From Elusimicrobiales bacterium (lineage in GTDB: Bacteria > Elusimicrobiota > Elusimicrobia > Elusimicrobiales > UBA9959): 64,000 nt of DNA. Each line of letters starts with the position of its first letter. Positions within the stretch are counted from its first letter, which is position 1. A program made the translations under genes and the position numbers. Below the pieces are notes generated by a model, which was not told the origin of the DNA, searched no databases, and saw only the letters and a program-made list of their open reading frames with translations. Shown here piece after piece: positions 61,936 through 64,000 of this stretch. The DNA is taken from NCBI GenBank assembly GCA_041665305.1, contig JBAYJD010000004.1, positions 27,383 through 91,382 on the forward strand. Reading direction: 5' to 3'.

Positions 61936-64000
61936 TCAGCTCTTAAGGAGCGCTTCGGCGCAGCGGCCGCAGACTCCGGCGTGCTGCGGGCCGTGCGCGC
62001 CTATATCCGTCGTCCACCGCCAGCACCTCGGGCACTTGTCGCCGCCCGCATGTTCCACCCGCACTTCCAGTTCCCCGGCGCCCGGGTCGAACTCCAGCGC
62101 GCAGGCTGAAACGATCAGCACCTGGGGCCAGAAAGGCAGGGTCTCCGAAAGGAACTTGTTCATGCCGGGGCTGGAAGTACGGAACACAACGCCGGCTTCG
62201 AGCGAAGAGCCCACCACGCCCTCGCGGCGGCGCTCCTCTATGGCCTTGGTGACGGTTTCGCGCAGGGCCATGATGCGCGCCCATTTTTCCCCCAGCGCGC
62301 GGTCCAGCCGCGAAGCGGGAAATTGCGGATAATCGGCCAGGAAAACGCTTTCCTCAGCGCCCGGCGCGATCTCGGACCTGAACGCCTGCCAGCCTTCTTC
62401 GGCCGTGAACGACAAGACGGGGCTTATCAGCTTCAGCACGGCGCACAGGATGTCATAAAGAGCCGTCTGCGCCGACCGTCTTTCCAGGGAATCGGCGCTG
62501 TAAGTGTACAGGCGGTCCTTAAGGGCGTCCAGGTAAAACGCCGAAAGGTCGAGGATGCAGAAATCCGTTACGGCGCGGATAGCCTGCCTGAACTCGAAGG
62601 CCTCGTAATGCTTCCGGACCGCGGCGGAAACCTCGGCCAGCCGCATAAGCATATAGCGGTCAGGTTCAAGAAGCCGGGCTTCCTCAAGCTTGTTTTCCGG
62701 TTTAAACCCGTTCAGATTCCCCAGCAGATAACGGATGGTGTTGCGGATCTTGCGGTAGGTATCGATGGGCCCGGCCAGGATCTTCTCGGAAATGCGCACA
62801 TCCTCCGAATAATCGCACAAGGCGACCCACAGACGCAGGATCTCGGCGCCGTACTTGGAGATCACTTCCTGCGGGGACACGACATTGCCGGCGGATTTAT
62901 GCATGGCGCGGCCGTTCTCATCCAACACCATGCCGTGGGTCAGCACGGCGCGGAACGGCGGTTCCCCCAGCAGGGCCACCGACGGGATAAGCGAGGTCTG
63001 GAACCAGCCGCGGTGCTGATCGGAACCCTCCAGATACAGGTCGACGGGCAGGAAGTTCCCAGGACCGAGCATCCCGTTCTTCACCACGGCGTACCAGCTG
63101 ACGCCGGAATCCAGCCAGACATCCAGGATATCCTTTTCTTTGGAGAATTCCGTTCCGCCGCAGGAACATTTATGCCCCGGCCCCATCAGTTTTTCAACGG
63201 GCTCTGAAAACCAGAAATCGCTGCCTTCGGCGTAAACGCGCTCTTCCATGCGTTTGAGGAAGGCGGAGTCGGTCCGGACCTTGCCGCATTCCTTGCAATA
63301 CACCGCTATTACCGGCGTGCCCCAGTAGCGCTGGCGCGACAGGCACCAGTCTGGACGGGTTTTAAGCATGCCGATCATGCGGTCATGTCCGGTCTCCGGC
63401 AGCCAGCGCACGCCGTCGGCGGCCTTCATAAGCTTGCCGCGAAGGCCGTTCAGGTCCACTTTAAGGAACCACTGTTCGGTGGCGCGGAAGATCACGGGCT
63501 GTTTGCAGCGCCAGCAGTGCGGGTAGCTGTGCTCTATCTTTTTGTGGCCCAGCAGAAGTCCGTCGGCCCGCAGGGTTTCCACGACCTTATCGTTGGCTTC
63601 AAAAACCTTCAGGCCCTCGAAGATCCCCGCGTCGGAATTGAACCTGCCGTCTTCCTTGACTGGGCAGAAGATGTCCAGGCCCCATTTCTTGCCGGCGTGA
63701 AAATCTTCCTCGCCATGCCCCGGGGCGATATGCACGATCCCGGTGCCGGTGGACATATCCACGAAATCGGTAGAGATGATAGTTCTGGGGAAACGGCGGC
63801 TCTCCGGCAAATGCGCCGCAAGGCAATGTCCGTACTTCAGGCCCACCAGCTTTTCACCGGATATCAGCCCGCCTTTGGAGGCGTTAAGGCCGGTCTCGGC
63901 CAGGAAAGCGTCAGCAAGTTTGTCGGCCACTACCAGACATTCCCCGTCCGCGTCCAGCAGGCGGTAGTTTTCTTCTTTCGAAACGGCGGCCGCCATGTTG
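61936..64000 (-). CDS. ileS: Isoleucine--tRNA ligase, C-terminal two-thirds (5' end outside the window)
   Basis: Editing-domain and anticodon-binding regions, a KMSKS-like MHKSAGN, and the C-terminal zinc knuckles CPRCWRW...CGRC. The ORF stays open to the window edge. Confidence 0.9.
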   Translation of the reverse strand, partial: NMAAAVSKEENYRLLDADGECLVVADKLADAFLAETGLNASKGGLISGEKLVGLKYGHCLAAHLPESRRFPRTIISTDFVDMSTGTGIVHIAPGHGEEDFHAGKKWGLDIFCPVKEDGRFNSDAGIFEGLKVFEANDKVVETLRADGLLLGHKKIEHSYPHCWRCKQPVIFRATEQWFLKVDLNGLRGKLMKAADGVRWLPETGHDRMIGMLKTRPDWCLSRQRYWGTPVIAVYCKECGKVRTDSAFLKRMEERVYAEGSDFWFSEPVEKLMGPGHKCSCGGTEFSKEKDILDVWLDSGVSWYAVVKNGMLGPGNFLPVDLYLEGSDQHRGWFQTSLIPSVALLGEPPFRAVLTHGMVLDENGRAMHKSAGNVVSPQEVISKYGAEILRLWVALCDYSEDVRISEKILAGPIDTYRKIRNTIRYLLGNLNGFKPENKLEEARLLEPDRYMLMRLAEVSAAVRKHYEAFEFRQAIRAVTDFCILDLSAFYLDALKDRLYTYSADSLERRSAQTALYDILCAVLKLISPVLSFTAEEGWQAFRSEIAPGAEESVFLADYPQFPASRLDRALGEKWARIMALRETVTKAIEERRREGVVGSSLEAGVVFRTSSPGMNKFLSETLPFWPQVLIVSACALEFDPGAGELEVRVEHAGGDKCPRCWRWTTDIGAHGPQHAGVCGRCAEALLKS

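Noticed and set aside
1-64000. CRISPR arrays, rRNA genes, transposases, integrases and prophage genes.
   Set aside because: I scanned for regularly spaced 25-40-nt direct repeats and for recombinase or transposase motifs in all listed ORFs and recognised none. The only tandem repeats are the 7- and 8-nt arrays reported above.

Overview
Bacterial chromosomal window with no rRNA, CRISPR array, transposase or integrase that I can recognise. All genes but one lie on the minus strand. Positions 1-44178 form one very large surface-glycan biosynthesis supercluster that looks compositionally mosaic. It holds eleven predicted glycosyltransferase genes (GT2, GT4, GT10, CgeB-like), two MOP/Wzx-type flippases, a Wzm/Wzt ABC exporter and two B12-binding radical SAM enzymes. 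It also encodes four nucleotide-sugar routes: dTDP-L-rhamnose (rfbA/C/D/B); GDP-mannose to GDP-fucose/colitose (manC, two gmd paralogs, a ColD-like dehydratase, an Fcl/ColC-like synthase); CDP-3,6-dideoxyhexose with a YerE/YerF-like branching step (rfbF, rfbG, rfbH, ThDP enzyme, reductase); and UDP-xylose (uxs). Four unusual items are embedded in the cluster. (i) An AbiEi/AbiEii toxin-antitoxin cassette is bracketed by a perfect 31-bp direct repeat that duplicates the 3' end of the colD-like gene. (ii) An AAA-ATPase (DUF4143-type) plus MBL-hydrolase pair with its own consensus promoter splits rfbG from rfbH. (iii) A 3-dehydroquinate-synthase-like / SDR / HpcH-aldolase trio is co-operonic with the ThDP enzyme. 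(iv) A family of 8-nt tandem repeats (GGTTGGAG / CTCCAACC) is inserted in frame into rfbG (twice, once right after the start codon) and into rfbH, with a fourth copy in an intergenic spacer. The repeats are not divisible by 3 and are G-quadruplex-competent. I consider this repeat family and the DHQS/aldolase/ThDP module the best candidates for undescribed biology. The right-hand 20 kb is housekeeping: ExbB/ExbD/ExbD/TonB-like cluster with a giant TPR protein, thrS, tRNA-Val(GAC), a Y-family DNA polymerase (the only plus-strand gene), queF, copA, a metalloprotease lipoprotein, a GT-C membrane protein, a TPR lipoprotein, lspA, and ileS, which runs off the window end. All functional calls rest on motif recognition by eye; no database search was possible.
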